The notes beneath the pieces were generated by a model that searched no databases, was not told where the DNA came from, and saw only the letters and a program-made list of their open reading frames with translations. Of a stretch of DNA of 64,000 nt, positions 11,874 through 31,662 are shown piece after piece. Position 1 is the first letter of the stretch. Each line of letters starts with the position of its first letter. The stretch spans positions 71,486,001 to 71,550,000 of the forward strand of contig OX597830.1 in assembly GCA_951406725.2 (NCBI GenBank), written 5' to 3'. This stretch comes from Octopus vulgaris (Eukaryota). The translations under genes were made by a program, and so were the position numbers.

Positions 11874-12364
11874 TAGTAGTAGTAGCTTTTGTTGTTGTTG
11901 TTGTTTTTGTTGTTTTTGTTGCTGCTGTAGTGATAGTTGTACGGATGGCTGTTGGCTGGTTAGATGGATGGTTCGATGGTTGGATGGTTGTAACTGCAAG
12001 TCTTTTCTCTCTTATCGTTCTTGTTTTCTCCCTTTCCTTTTCTTCTCGCCGTTCTCTCTTCGTTAGCGAAAATGAGAAATAAGCAGAGATAAACAGAGAA
12101 AGAGAGAGAGAAAGAGAAAAAAGAGAGAGAGGGAGAGAAAGTGATAAACGGAGAGAGAGAGAGAGGGGGAGAAAGTGATAAACGGAGAGAGGGAGAGAAC
12201 GTGTTGAACAGGAAGGAGAGATCAGAAAATCATAAACAGAGCGAGAAAGAGAGAGAGAAGATAAACAAGGAGGAAAGGAATAGAAAGAGAAAGAAACAGG
12301 AAGTGAGAATAAGACAAAGAAACAGAGCGAGAGATGAACAGAGAGAAGAGAGAGAAAGAAGAGA

Positions 12365-12753
12365 GGGTGACATCAGAGAGAGAGAGAGAGAGAGAAAAAC
12401 GGTGACATCAGAGAGAGAAAGAGAGAGAGAGAAAGAGAGAGAAACAGAAAGGGTGACATCAGAGAGAGAGAGAGAGAGAGTGAGAGAAACAGAGAAAGGG
12501 TGACATCAGAGACAGAGAGAGAGAGAAACAGAGAAAGGGTGACATCAGAGAGAGAGAGAGAGAAGCAGAGAAAGGGTGACATCAGAGAGAGAGAGAGAGA
12601 GAGAGAAACAGAGAAAGGGTGACATCAGAGAGAGAGAGACAGACAGACAGAGAGAGGGTGACATCAGAGACAGAGAGAGAGAGAAGCAGAGAAAGGGTGA
12701 CATCAGAGAGAGAGAGAGAGAGAGACAGACACAGAGAGAGGGTGACATCAGAG
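12365..12753 (+). repeat. Minisatellite: 10 copies of GGTGACATCAGAG separated by variable (GA)-rich tracts
   Basis: Ten GGTGACATCAGAG motifs counted at ~35-50 bp spacing. Confidence 0.9.
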
Positions 12754-13320
12754 TGAGAGAGTGAGACTGTATGCTGTGGCGAGGTTTGGTAAAGCAGGCA
12801 GATAGAGAGAAGAAAGAAGAGAGGCGTGGATGAAGAGAGTCAGAGCAGACGGTGGCTCAAGTGAATATGAATGGCCAAGAGGGAAGGTGAGATTCGCAGA
12901 AGGCGAAAAAAAAAGGGGGCGAGTTTTATTACTCACACGTTTGCTCGTCCTTTCACTCCTCCCACAAAATTGGACCCAAGTTTAAACATTGATGACAGTT
13001 TTCGATAAGGGGGGTTATTTCTGCTTCCCCCCTCCCCCAATAACTCCGTTCCCAAGACGATGTGTTCTCTGTGACTTATGCTTACACTTCTCTGACACTC
13101 AGCTACTATATTACGGAGCTTTCATCCGGAATTTATAATTTTGTCCATTCTCGTAAAAACAAACAAACAAAAAATAGAGAAAAGAAAAACAAATAAAAAA
13201 GCACGTCAATGGAGAAATAATTAGAATGACATTCGGAGTTTCAAGACTTACTCATTGAGAAAATACGATGTCTGTCTCACTGTCTGCCTGTCTGTCTGCC
13301 CATCTCACCCTCTCACTCTT

Positions 13321-13630
<310 letters not shown>

Positions 13631-14329
13631 TATCTTCTAATTGTTCCCCTATGTGTGCATCTCTCTAACTCTCTATCTTATCTATCTTTTAATTTTCTGT
13701 TCATCTACGTATGTATCTTCCTCTCCCCCCTCCCTCTCTCTCTCTCTCTATTTATCTCTCTATGTATCTTCCTTGAAGTTGTTTATTTGTCTTTTAATCT
13801 ATTTATCTGTCGACCTATGTATCTATGTCTACCTTCCGCTTTTTTTTTTCTGTTTCTGTTTACACATGTCCATTTGAATCTCCTTCATGGCTTCTTTGTG
13901 TGTATGTGTGTGCATACGTGCGTATGTATATATCCCTCCAGATTATTCTTCATCTTCTTTCACAAATTCTACTTTAATGTAACAAAATTAAGCAGAACGT
14001 TTTCAATACTTAACATAGATGTTCTGAATCTCAATTCTTCAAATTTCAAAATTATGAGCTACTTCTTCATTCGTTGTTTCTTCTTTTCTTTTCTTACTTT
14101 TTTTTTTTTTTTTTTTTTTTTGATAGCAATACAGAAAAAGAACCATCTAGTTAGTTTTTTTCCAATTCTTCTCATTAGTAAAATAAACTATATGCAGTGG
14201 AATGAAGTATACTAAAACAAATCTCCAATTTTTAAAAATCTATGGCACATCCAGATAGCTTTTGTGAGTAAACAGTTTAAGAGCAACTCAATGGTAATCG
14301 ACTTAGAATCGTTTACCTTTTAAAATTTT

Positions 14330-15030
14330 GCTTCTTTTAGTCATAGGAATGCAGGAATGCAGGTAGGGACACCACCTTGATTAGTATAGTCAAACAAATT
14401 AGCCCAAATGTTTGTGTTTGTAAAACCGCTACTTATACTTTCGGTTTCTCTTGCTGAAACGCTAAATTACGAGGACGTAAACATGCCAACACTGGTTACC
14501 AAGCGATGGCGGGAGACAAACACAAACAGAAAGACCATTCCCCCATGTTATACACACACACACACACACACACACATAAACACACACACACACACACACA
14601 CATACACAACGAGCTTCTTTGAGTTTCCGTCTACCAAATTCGCTCTCGAGTCTTTGGTCTGCCCGAGGCTATAGAAGAAGATATTTGCCCAAGTTGGCAC
14701 ATAGTGGGACTGAACCTGGAACTATGTGGTTGGGAAGCAAGCTTCTTACCACACAACCATGCCTACATTACCGATATCTCTTATCAAGCGAGGGTGGGGG
14801 GACTAACACAAACGCAAAGAGCCACATGTACACCTGCATAAACACACACGCACACACCACACACACACATGTATCCGACGGGCTCCTTTTAGTTTCTTGC
14901 TACTAAATCCACTCAAAAGGTTTTGGGTGGGTCCCGGAGCTATTACAGAGAATACTTACCTAAAGTGCTGCGCAGTGGGACCGAACTCAGAACCATGTGG
15001 TTGATAAGCACACTTCTCAACACAGCAATG
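14330..15030 (-). mobile_element. Two older SINE family B copies
   Basis: Variants of AGTTTCCGTCTACCAAAT, CCCGAGGCTATAG, AGTGGGACTGAACC and CTTACCACACA, each occurring twice. Confidence 0.7.
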
Positions 15031-15065
15031 CTATTGTAATGAATATATTTAGGCCAAAGTTTATA

Positions 15066-15297
15066 TAATTCTTTACTACCCACAAGGGGCTAAACACAGA
15101 GGGGACAAACAAGGACAGACGAACGGATTAAGTCGATTATATAGACCCAGTGCGTAACTGGTACTTAATTTATCGACCCCGAAAGGATGAAAGGCAAAGT
15201 CGACCTCAGCAGAATTTGAACCCAGAACGTAACGGCAGACGAAATACGGCTATGCATTTCGCCCGGCGTGCAAACGATTCTGCCAGCTCGCCGCCTT
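15066..15297 (-). mobile_element. Full-length young SINE family A copy with an 18-bp target-site duplication
   Basis: TTTAGGCCAAAGTTTATA at 15048-15065 and 15298-15315; minus-strand head AAGGCGGCGAGCTGGCAGAATCG, B box GGGTTCAAATTCT. Confidence 0.92.
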
Positions 15298-15916
15298 TTT
15301 AGGCCAAAGTTTATAGCCGGTTCCTAGATAGTCCAAATCTATGGGAATAGACATTCCATGCGTGATAATCTGTTCTTTTTGTATAGCTAAAGCGATATTT
15401 TCGAATGCTAATGACTTGGTATTCCGTTATACAAACAAAATATACTATAAAATATATCAAACGTCTTATAAGCCAATACCATATTCTACTGTGTTAGCAG
15501 TGCTCTTATATCACTTGTTAAGCTTAACCCTACAGATTGTCTATGGAAGTTATAGTCAGCCTTTCGAAAATATCAATAGAAAATCTATAGCAATAACCTC
15601 AACTACTGATTTTCCAATGTTTATTTCCCATCGTGAAAGCGTTTTGGATATTCTTTTACAAGTTTCAGTCACTGACTAGCGGCCATGCTGGAGCACTGCA
15701 TTTAAACTAGCACAGGTTTAAATCTAGAAGTTATAGTCTCGAGAGGGAGTCAAACCGCTAATTAACTGAACATAAAGGGACAACCAACCAATAAATGTGT
15801 GTATATTTATATATTACGTGTGTATGTGTATTTGTACGTGCATACACACACATGCACATGCACACACACACACACATATCACTCTATATATACATATGCA
15901 GTTATATATATATATA

Positions 15917-15968
15917 TGATTGATTGATTGATTCTAGTTTCAGCTCACGAGCTGTGGCCATGCTGGGG

Positions 15969-15971
<3 letters not shown>
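15917..15971 (-). mobile_element. Ultra-short retroposed 3' end (hairpin plus (ATCA)n tail) inside (TA)n
   Basis: Minus strand GTGCCCCAGCATGGCCACAGCTCGTGAGCTGAAACTAGAATCAATCAATCA. Other copies at 22033-22087, 45864-45922, 53555-53605, ~57625-57741 and 63104-63140. Confidence 0.7.
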
Positions 15972-16028
<57 letters not shown>

Positions 16029-16294
16029 CGAAACAGGAATAGACGAAACAGGGACAACTGAAGAAGGGGAATATTCCTTGTGTTGTATGTCTTGTACTCT
16101 GTTTTTTGTTGTTTGAAAAATAGTCCGTTTTTATGTTTTTGTTTTTATGTTTTTGTTTCTCATCGTGTTCAAAGTTTTTTCTAATGTCCCGTACCCATAT
16201 ATGCATGTGTATATACATATAGATGTTGGTATGTACATATATGTATGTATGTATGCATATATTTATATATCATTTATATTATTATTATCATTAT

Positions 16295-16325
<31 letters not shown>

Positions 16326-16662
16326 ATATAACTGCTAATGAACGAAACTCCAGTACGCTGAGTCACACTGTAACTTCTGTCGATTATTGATAATAAATAT
16401 ATATCCTCTTGTTTCGTGTTTTAGTTTCCTGTTTGAATAACCAAACCAATATACAAGTATACATACATACATACATGCATACATGCATGCATACATACAT
16501 ACATGCATGCATGCATGCATGCATGCATGCATACATGCATACATACATACATGCATACCTACATACATACATACATGCATACCTACATACATACATGCAT
16601 ACCTACATACATGCATACATACATACATACGTACGTACCTATATCTCACACACACACTCATA

Positions 16663-17060
16663 TACTCTTTACTCTTTACTCTTTTACTTGTTTCAGTCAT
16701 TTGACAGCGGCCATGCTGGAGCACTCGACCCCGGGACTTATTCTTTGTAAGCCCAGTACTTATTCTATCGGTCTCTTTTGCCGAACTGCTAAGTAACGGG
16801 GACATAAACACACCATCATCGGTTGTCAAGCGATGCTAGGGGGATAAACACAAACATACACGTACACACACATACACACATATATACATATATATACGAC
16901 AGGCTTCTTTCAGTTTCCGTCTACCAAATCCACTCAATAGGCTTTGGTCGGCCCGAGGCTATAGTAGAAGACACTTGCCCAAGGTGCCACGCAGTGGGAC
17001 TGAACCCGGAACCATGTGGTTGGTAAGCAAGCTACTTACCACACAGCCACTCCTACGCCT
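16663..17060 (-). mobile_element. Full-length SINE family B (duplicate at ~22791-23188)
   Basis: Minus-strand head AGGCGTAGGAGTGGCTGTGTGGTAAGTAGC, B-box-like GGTTCAGTCCC, CORE-like CACCTTGGGCAAGTGTCTT, internal (TA/TG)n, tail (AAAGAGT)n. Confidence 0.9.
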
Positions 17061-17597
17061 ATGTATCTATGTCTGTATCTATGTATCTATGTCTGTATTA
17101 ACAAGCACAGTATTTCCTCTCCCGAAAATTAATTTCTTCGTAATATAATTGAACATCTCTCTGCATGCAACAAAGCATTATGTCTTATTAGAGTGAGACT
17201 TGAGTGCGGCTGGGTGATGGTGCGACGGTTTGAACGTAAGGACGTCATGAGGGCGAGAGGTGAGTGTGTGTGACTGAGTGAGAGTAGAGGTGGGATAATG
17301 AAGGGGGACTTAGATACTCTTTATTATAGACATGTGTTGGTCGTGATAGGGAGGACCAACCTTTGTTGCTGGGCAACAAACACATACTTTATTCAAGTTA
17401 GAAAGTTATGGCAGACAGGAAGTAACGTCTTCATACCAACAGAAAAAAATCAATGTGCGTTTAGTTTATTGAACATATTTGTGTATGTGTGTATAAAACA
17501 AATCCAAATTACATATATGTGTGTGCTTGTGAGTGTATATATATATATATATATATATGTGTATATATATATATATATATACACACACACAAATGTG

Positions 17598-17633
<36 letters not shown>

Positions 17634-17701
17634 CACACACAAATATATATATATATATACATGTATGTATGTATATATATATATATCTGTGTATGTATGT
17701 A

Positions 17702-17743
<42 letters not shown>

Positions 17744-17802
17744 AATATATATTTATACATGTATTTATATACTTATGTATGAATGTATACGTGACTTTGT
17801 AT

Positions 17803-17835
<33 letters not shown>

Positions 17836-17921
17836 CGTATGTTGATGCATGTGTGTATATATACATATACATGTCTATCTATCATTATATCTATCTATCT
17901 ATATACTTGTACTTGTTTATA

Positions 17922-17957
<36 letters not shown>

Positions 17958-18011
17958 TGTATATATATATGTATATGTTCGTGCGTATGTGTTTGTACGT
18001 GTATGTATATA

Positions 18012-18082
<71 letters not shown>

Positions 18083-18735
18083 GTGTTTGTTTGTGTGTGT
18101 ATGAACGTATAACGTTTTTCTCTACATTTTTTTATTTCATTCCAGGTAATACATAAACAAAACCAATGCAGCACTGATTTAAATTATGAAAGAAAGTATA
18201 TCAGAGTGTTGGATTAATATTCAGTAAAATATAATTATTTGTATGCGTACGAATATTGATAGTGGGGGAAGTAGATTTTTGTCGTTCGTATTAAAACCAA
18301 GCAGAAAACTGGCGGACGCCATTTTAGTATGGACACTATTCAATTTAAAACCAGTGATGTGTCGAATTTTTCTCCTTGATAATCTATTTTTCTTCTATTT
18401 CCTTTATTTCTCTTTTCAGAAAACACCATTCCTTCTATATCTTGTTGTCTCCTTCCTTCTTTCAACGGTTCGTTGATTTTCTTTAATGCATTTTTTTTTA
18501 TAAAGAATTTAGTCTTTATTATATATATGTTCAAAATGTTTCACTTAAGAAAAGTACAGTTTCTCAGGTCTTTTATTATTTACATTTTTTTTTCAAAACG
18601 ACAGGAGTTTGTTAAGAAGGTGCCATGTTTTGGCAAATGCACATATTATAGCATGTGAAAGTATATTTATATATTTAAATTTTTATATATATATATATAT
18701 ATGTTTATCAGTAACCTTTCTTTATTTCTGTTTCC

Positions 18736-18855
<120 letters not shown>

Positions 18856-19063
18856 TTATCTATCTATATATTTATCTATCTATCTGTCTACCCATCTCTC
18901 TCTCGCCCCCTCTTTCTATCTATTTGACTGTCTGTCTATCTATATGTCTGTCTGTCGATTTGCCCATGCACCTACTTATATATTTGTATGTGTACGCGTG
19001 TATACAAATATATATGTGCGCGTTTATGTATGTGAATATAGATAACTATATACATACATACGT

Positions 19064-19093
<30 letters not shown>

Positions 19094-19094
<1 letters not shown>

Positions 19095-19167
19095 AGACAA
19101 GATAAGAAAAGGAACCATCCACTACCAACTCACTCGCACTCATAAAAATAAGCAAAAAACCACTGCA

Positions 19168-19222
<55 letters not shown>

Positions 19223-19267
19223 TGTGAGTGAGTTGGTGGTGAATGGTTCCTTTTCTTATCTTGTCTT
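19094..19267. repeat. 51-bp inverted repeat enclosing a (TA)n run (duplicate at ~25213-25386)
   Basis: AAGACAAGATAAGAAAAGGAACCATCCACTACCAACTCACTCGCACTCATA (19094-19144) matches the reverse complement of 19217-19267 with 3 mismatches. Confidence 0.85.
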
Positions 19268-19719
19268 CATCCAACTGCTGCATATAACTTACATAAATCT
19301 ATGATAACTATTTATAATGTCCTTTAAATTTATTTTTGTGAAATTTGTTTTTCTTCGTAATTTTCCTAGAAAAATTGAATTTGAAAATCATCATCGATCA
19401 TCGACATTCTCAAGAATATATTGAAATTGCATTTTTTTTTTTTACTTATTTTATTTTTCATTGTTTTATTATTTTTGCTTGAGATTTGGACGACTAAATG
19501 GAAATACGGTAGATTACATTTCATTATTTGACTTAGTGCTCTCAATTTCTTTGTCCCTCCCTCTCTCTCTCTCTTTCTCTCTATCTATCTCTCTGTCTAT
19601 CTATCAGTCAGTCAGTCAGTCTATCTGTCTGTCTATCAATCTGATTACCCTGATATATTTATGCATTTATTCTCGTTTATTGTGCGAGTATGATTGTATG
19701 TCTGTGGATTGCCTATCTA

Positions 19720-19764
<45 letters not shown>

Positions 19765-21347
19765 AAATATATATATATATACGCGAACTTTGTATTTATA
19801 TTATATACAATATATATGTCGTGTACATGCATGATATATATGCATGATATGTATGAAGAACATTTATCTATATAATATATATGCATTTAATAAATACACT
19901 ATAAATATAATACGTACATATAATCTTTATAATTTTTTATAATATGCATGATATATGTGTGTATGTATGTATGTATGTATGTATGTATGTATGTATGTAT
20001 GTATACATGCATGTATGTCTGTATATAAAATACGTTGTACATGTATATCACTCTGACATGTATAAAACCTCTAATAATGAAACTGATATACCCGGAAGTA
20101 ATCTGTTCCTAACTAGGTACATTCTTTTGCACCAAGGTGTAATTTAGTTTCTTTTCTATACCCCATCTCTTCCATATGCTGGTGCATCTCAGAGTGAAAC
20201 TCAGTTTCCAGTCTATACGCAAGACACTTACCTACTTAATAATCATTGATATCTAAAGCAATGCATTTATGTTATGCAAACCTTGTCCGCATGTAAACAT
20301 TGCGAAGTAATAACATTCACAAACATTGAAACTACCAGCTCCAGTTGTTCAATGTTTGCTCTATACACGTATCGTAATGAACTCGCGGACTCTCAGTGAA
20401 GAGATGCGCTTTTTCTTGTAGTTTTTGTTCTCTCTGCCCACCTATGACTGCTGAAATAGAAACTGGTACATTGAACACTTGGGGGTTTATTCTGTTGTGT
20501 CTGGGGAGAGTCATTCTCTTTTAGTGCCTTATTATTTAACACACTCACCGGTAAAATTTCCACTTCTTTCTTTTTTCTTCGTCTGTCCCTGATTTTCCAG
20601 TTCCATGAGCAGAGAGCTCTCTCGTGGACCCAACTACCACCAGTCATTTTCTTCTGTAACTTCAGCATCGTTACAAAAGATTTCCTTCATAAAACGTGGC
20701 ACAGATTTGTACTGTCAGTGATACAAGTCAGCCTAGATTTGCAAGTCCTTGCAATGAGCTGAGGGTATTTGTTCCGACTCTTGAACTTTCGGGTTCAAAT
20801 TTCACCAAGATCAATTTTATAGGGGACAAAATACGATACCAGTCAAATCCTGAGGTGGAATTTATCCAGTCTTTAACTTCTCTAAAATTTCTGGTCTTGT
20901 GCCTATATTTGAAAATTATTTCATCATGTTGCTTTACTTTCCTCATCTGTACTGTACGACTTTACTCTCATTGTATTCCGAGTTCAAATCCTACCAAGTA
21001 CGACTTTAATTTTGGTGCTGATAAATTTATTTTAAAGAAAATGCAATCTAAAACTAGGATCGATTATCTGACCGTATGCCAATGGTGGAAATCATCATCA
21101 TTATCAACAACATCATTACCATCATCGCCGTCGTTGCCATCATCATTATCATCATCATCTTCATCATCATTATCGTCGTCATCATCATCATCATCATCAT
21201 CATCATTCATCATTACCACCACCACCACCATGATCATCATCATCATCATCATCATTATTGCATTAAAAGGCTGTTTTCAACAATAACCTCATTCTACTTG
21301 TCATCACAAATTGCTCGAATCTAAATTAAAAAATTAAAAATCAATTT

Positions 21348-21447
21348 NNNNNNNNNNNNNNNNNNNNNNNNNNNNNNNNNNNNNNNNNNNNNNNNNNNNN
21401 NNNNNNNNNNNNNNNNNNNNNNNNNNNNNNNNNNNNNNNNNNNNNNN
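21348..21447. other. Assembly gap (100 N)
   Basis: Exactly 100 N, a typical placeholder for a gap of unknown size. Confidence 0.99.
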
Positions 21448-27483
<6,036 letters not shown>

Positions 27484-27748
27484 GATTAGATTTATAATTA
27501 AAGAAAATCCTATAACCGACGAACGAAGTTTGCTTTCTTCCTTTTTCTTTCTAGATATTTCTCTTATTGCTTTTTCACTTGATTTTGGTTTCTGTACTTG
27601 TAATATTTATTTGAGTTACTTCTTAGGCGCACTGCACATATACCTTACCCGTCTGTGTATGCGTGTATGTGTATGCCTGCGTGTATGTACGAACATGTCT
27701 GGTTTTATGCGTGTATGTGTAAATGTTGAGAGAGATAGATAAATAGAC

Positions 27749-27754
<6 letters not shown>

Positions 27755-27784
<30 letters not shown>

Positions 27785-28197
27785 AAACAAACACACACAC
27801 ACATATATATGTATACATATATATATATATATATATATGTATACATACATACGTGTTTGTGTCTCTTTCCTGTCCTCTTTCTATGTATGTATGTATGTAT
27901 ATATATGTATATATATGTGTGTGTGTGTGTATGTATACATGTATATATATGTGTGTGTGTGTGTGTATGTATACATGTATATATATATGTGTGTGTGTGT
28001 GTGTGTATGTATACATGTATATATGTGTGTGTGTATGTATGTATGTATGTATGTATACATGTATATATATATGTGTGTGTGTGTGTATGTATGCATACAT
28101 GTATATATATATATATGTGTGTGTGTATGTATGTATGTATGTATGTATGTATACATGTATATATATATGTGTGTGTGTGTGTATGTATGCATACATG

Positions 28198-28228
<31 letters not shown>

Positions 28229-28420
28229 ATGTATGTATGTATACATGTATATATGTGTGTGCGTGTGTATGTATGTATGTATACATGTATATATATATAT
28301 GTGTGTGTGTGTGTATGTATCTATGTATGTGTGTGTATGTATCTATGTATATACATATATATATATATGCATGTATGTATACATATATATACATATACAT
28401 ATGTATATATATATATATAA
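27755..28420. repeat. Composite minisatellite GTATACATG(TA)n(TG)n
   Basis: The unit recurs about 10 times with variable inner microsatellite lengths. Confidence 0.8.
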
Positions 28421-29951
28421 AATACAAAATGGGACAAGAACGCCAGCTTACGTACACTGTGTTCTCTCTCTCTCTCTATATATATATATATGTGTGCATA
28501 TATATATATCTATATATATATATATATAAAATATAATATACATACATACACACAGAGGAACGCATATACGAGTCAGTGTGTATATATTCATTTTTGGCAA
28601 TGAATTTTTTCCCCATATATATATATATACACGCACACACATGTACACCAGTGCATGAATGAACGAATATATCTATGAATTTGTGTGTGTGTGTGCTTAT
28701 GCAAGCAGGCATATATGTACGCTTAACCACCTCTTTTTCCTACCCCTACTCTCTCTATATTTTTGTCTCCCTCTCTTCTCTCTCCCCACTTTCAGGGACA
28801 CACTTTATCAACACTATCCTCTCATTGGTTTTTTTGGGTGCTTTTGCCTCCATATTTTTTTCATATGCCAATGTTTTTTTTCTACTGTGTCTTTCCACAT
28901 CGTCTCTTATTCTATATTTATTATTTTATATTCGTTAATTTATTTGAAAGCTAAAGTGTAAATCGAGTGAAGTTACCTTCACATTACAATATATTTATGG
29001 CTGATATTGAGTAAAGATAACTTATTAATCTCCCCTCAATTTATTCTTACACAATTAATCTAACAGAACAATCTCCATGACATTGTTTTATAAACAAACA
29101 CAGCAAACCGTATATCATTGCCTTCCATATATCTAACCGTATAACTCCGTCGATACTTCTGTCTGTCTGTTGGTCGGGCAGTCAGTCTGTGTGTGTGTGT
29201 GTTAATGTATGTAGGTGTGTGTATGTATATATATGTATCTATGTACATATGTGTGTGTGGTCTTTCTATGCATGTTCGTTTGTATGTGTGTATGTGTATG
29301 TATCTTTGTAAGTTGTGTGTGTTTGTGTACATATGCATGTATGTATGCATGTGTGTATGAATATGTGACTTTATGTATGTGTGTGAATGCGTGTACTCAT
29401 ATAGGCATGTGTATGTATGTATGTGTATATTTGAGTATATGTATGGATGTATATATCTATGTCTGTGGTAATGATGTATACATACTGTATATGTATCTAT
29501 GTATGTATATGTGTCCGTATGTATGCCTTTTTTCCCGGTTGCTGGTCTTGTGAGAGCGAATATTTATCGAAGAATGGTAGAATCATGGAAGTTCGGAATC
29601 GTATCAATTAAATATCTTTGATTAAGATTTTGAGAAACATTTCCGGAACAAGACAGTTTTTGTTTATGCCATTTCTCAGAGCATTTTTGTTAAATAGCAG
29701 ACAAGCTATCATCATATGAAGAAGCAAATGAACTTGCAATTAAGCTAGAGCAAGCAAACAAGCCACAAAGCCAAGAAACAATCAACCGATGAAGTAAGTA
29801 TTTAATAGAAACAGCAGTCCTTTCTTCTTCAGGGACAAAGAGCGGAAATTTGGTTGGCAGGGGCGATGAGGGAGATGAGGTGGGGCCTTGGGGGGGGGGG
29901 CGAGGGGGGAGGGGGGGTTTAGTCGATTACATCGGCCCCAGTGTTCGACTT

Positions 29952-30146
29952 GTATTTCAGTCATTTGACTGCGGCCATGCTGGAGCACCGCCTTTTGTCG
30001 AGCAAATCGGCCCCAGAGCTTATTCTGTGTAAGCCTAGTACTTATTCTATCGTTCTCTTTTGCTGAACCGCTAAGTTACGGGGACGTAAACACACCAGCA
30101 TCGGTTGTCAAGTGATGTTGGGGGGACAAACACAGACACACAAACA

Positions 30147-30202
<56 letters not shown>

Positions 30203-30330
30203 TATATACGACGGGCATCTTTCAGTTTCCGTCTACCAAATCCACTCACAAGGCTTTGGTCGGCTCGAGGCTATAGTAGAAGACACTTGCGCCCAAAGTG
30301 CCACGCAGTGGGAATGAACCCGGAACCATA
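29952..30330 (-). mobile_element. SINE family B, near full length (extreme 5' end missing)
   Basis: TTTCAGTCATTTGACTGCGGCCATGCTGGAGCACCGCC ... CCACGCAGTGGGAATGAACCCGGAACCAT. Confidence 0.88.
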
Positions 30331-31010
30331 GTTTATGCGTCCACGAAAAATTTTGATTAAGATATATTTATTGCAAGAAACAGCTAGGTTTCTTTCTCTA
30401 CTTCGTTTAGTATGTTTCTGGTCATTGAAACCTTCTCACAGAAAGTGCTTGTGCAAACCTATACATGTTAATGCGTGAGAAACAAAACAGGAATTTTGAA
30501 AGAATATTTATAAAACTAGCTTTTAAACATCGAATGGTTATGGACGTCCTCCAGAATAATATAGTATTGAAAAGGGTTCATAGGCAAAAAAAAAAAAAAA
30601 GCTTGACTCGGCCCTAATACTGAACTTGTGGTTTACCTTACTTTATTGAATCCTGTGGGGGAATAAAAGGCTAAGGTGACCACAGCGTAATTTGAACTTA
30701 GAGCTTATAGAACCAGAAGAAATATGTTACAACATTTCGCCTAACCCTCCGAGAATTCTTTCAAGTCACCGCCTCGGCCAGTAAGTTATTTTATCAATCA
30801 AGAGAAATGGTGAGGCTGAGTTAACCTCGGTGAGGTTTTAATTTAGTACGTAAAGATTCGGATCATAACACGGTAAGACATTTTCGCCAGACATTCCGAT
30901 ATTTATTACCGTGGTAGGTGATTAGTAAACTTTCATTTCCCATCCTTTCCAATTAGATATCTGTGTCTGAACAGCAAATCATCGTTCCGTCGAATTTGTA
31001 GTCTCCCATT

Positions 31011-31227
<217 letters not shown>

Positions 31228-31228
31228 A

Positions 31229-31612
31229 AAAGTGGCGAGCTGGCAGAATCTTTAGCACGCTAGTCCAAAATACTCGGTGGCTTTACGTACTGAGTTCAAG
31301 TGCTGCCGAGGTCGACTTTGCCTTTCATCCTTGCGGAGTTGATTAAATGAGTACCAGTCCTGTACTGAGGTCGATGTATTCGACAAACTCTCTTCCCTCA
31401 AAATTTCAGGTTTTGTGCTTATGGTAGAATTTCAAGCTAGCATGCAGAATCGTTAGCACGCCTGGCAAAAAGCTTAGCGGCATTTCGTCCGTCTTTACGT
31501 TCGGAGTGCAATTTTATTGTTCATCCTTTCGAGGTCGATAAAATAAATACCAAGCCAGCACTTGGGTCGATGCAATCGATAAATCTCCTCTACAAAATTT
31601 CATGGTTTTTTC
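31229..31612 (+). mobile_element. Two tandem older SINE family A copies
   Basis: GGCGAGCTGGCAGAATC...GAGGTCGACTTTGCCTTTCATCC, then GCAGAATCGTTAGCACGCC...TTCATCCTTTCGAGGTCGATAAAATAAATACCA. Confidence 0.8.
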
Positions 31613-31662
31613 GGCTATTATTGCTATGGTTGTCGCTATTGTGCTCTTTGTTGCTGCTGTTG

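Noticed and set aside
12365-12753. CRISPR-like appearance (constant motif with variable spacers)
   Set aside because: The repeat is only ~13 bp, spacers are low-complexity GA tracts related to each other, there are no cas genes, and the context is eukaryotic.
16022-16080. CCTTC-GAAA ... CTGAAGA-AGGGG read as a permuted (type II) hammerhead
   Set aside because: No convincing stem I, stem III or UH site between GAAA and CTGAAGA; other copies (47248, 52660) do not keep the core.
17191-17264. Candidate small exons with GTGAGT donors (here, ~12936 minus and ~62700 minus) and an AAAATGGCG start at 18317-18325 minus
   Set aside because: Peptides are short and unrecognisable or contain stops; not supportable without RNA-seq or homology. 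The window could still lie within an intron of a large gene.
30335-30620. Possible decayed hAT-type MITE
   Set aside because: Only vague resemblance; paired TIRs and an 8-bp TSD could not be identified.
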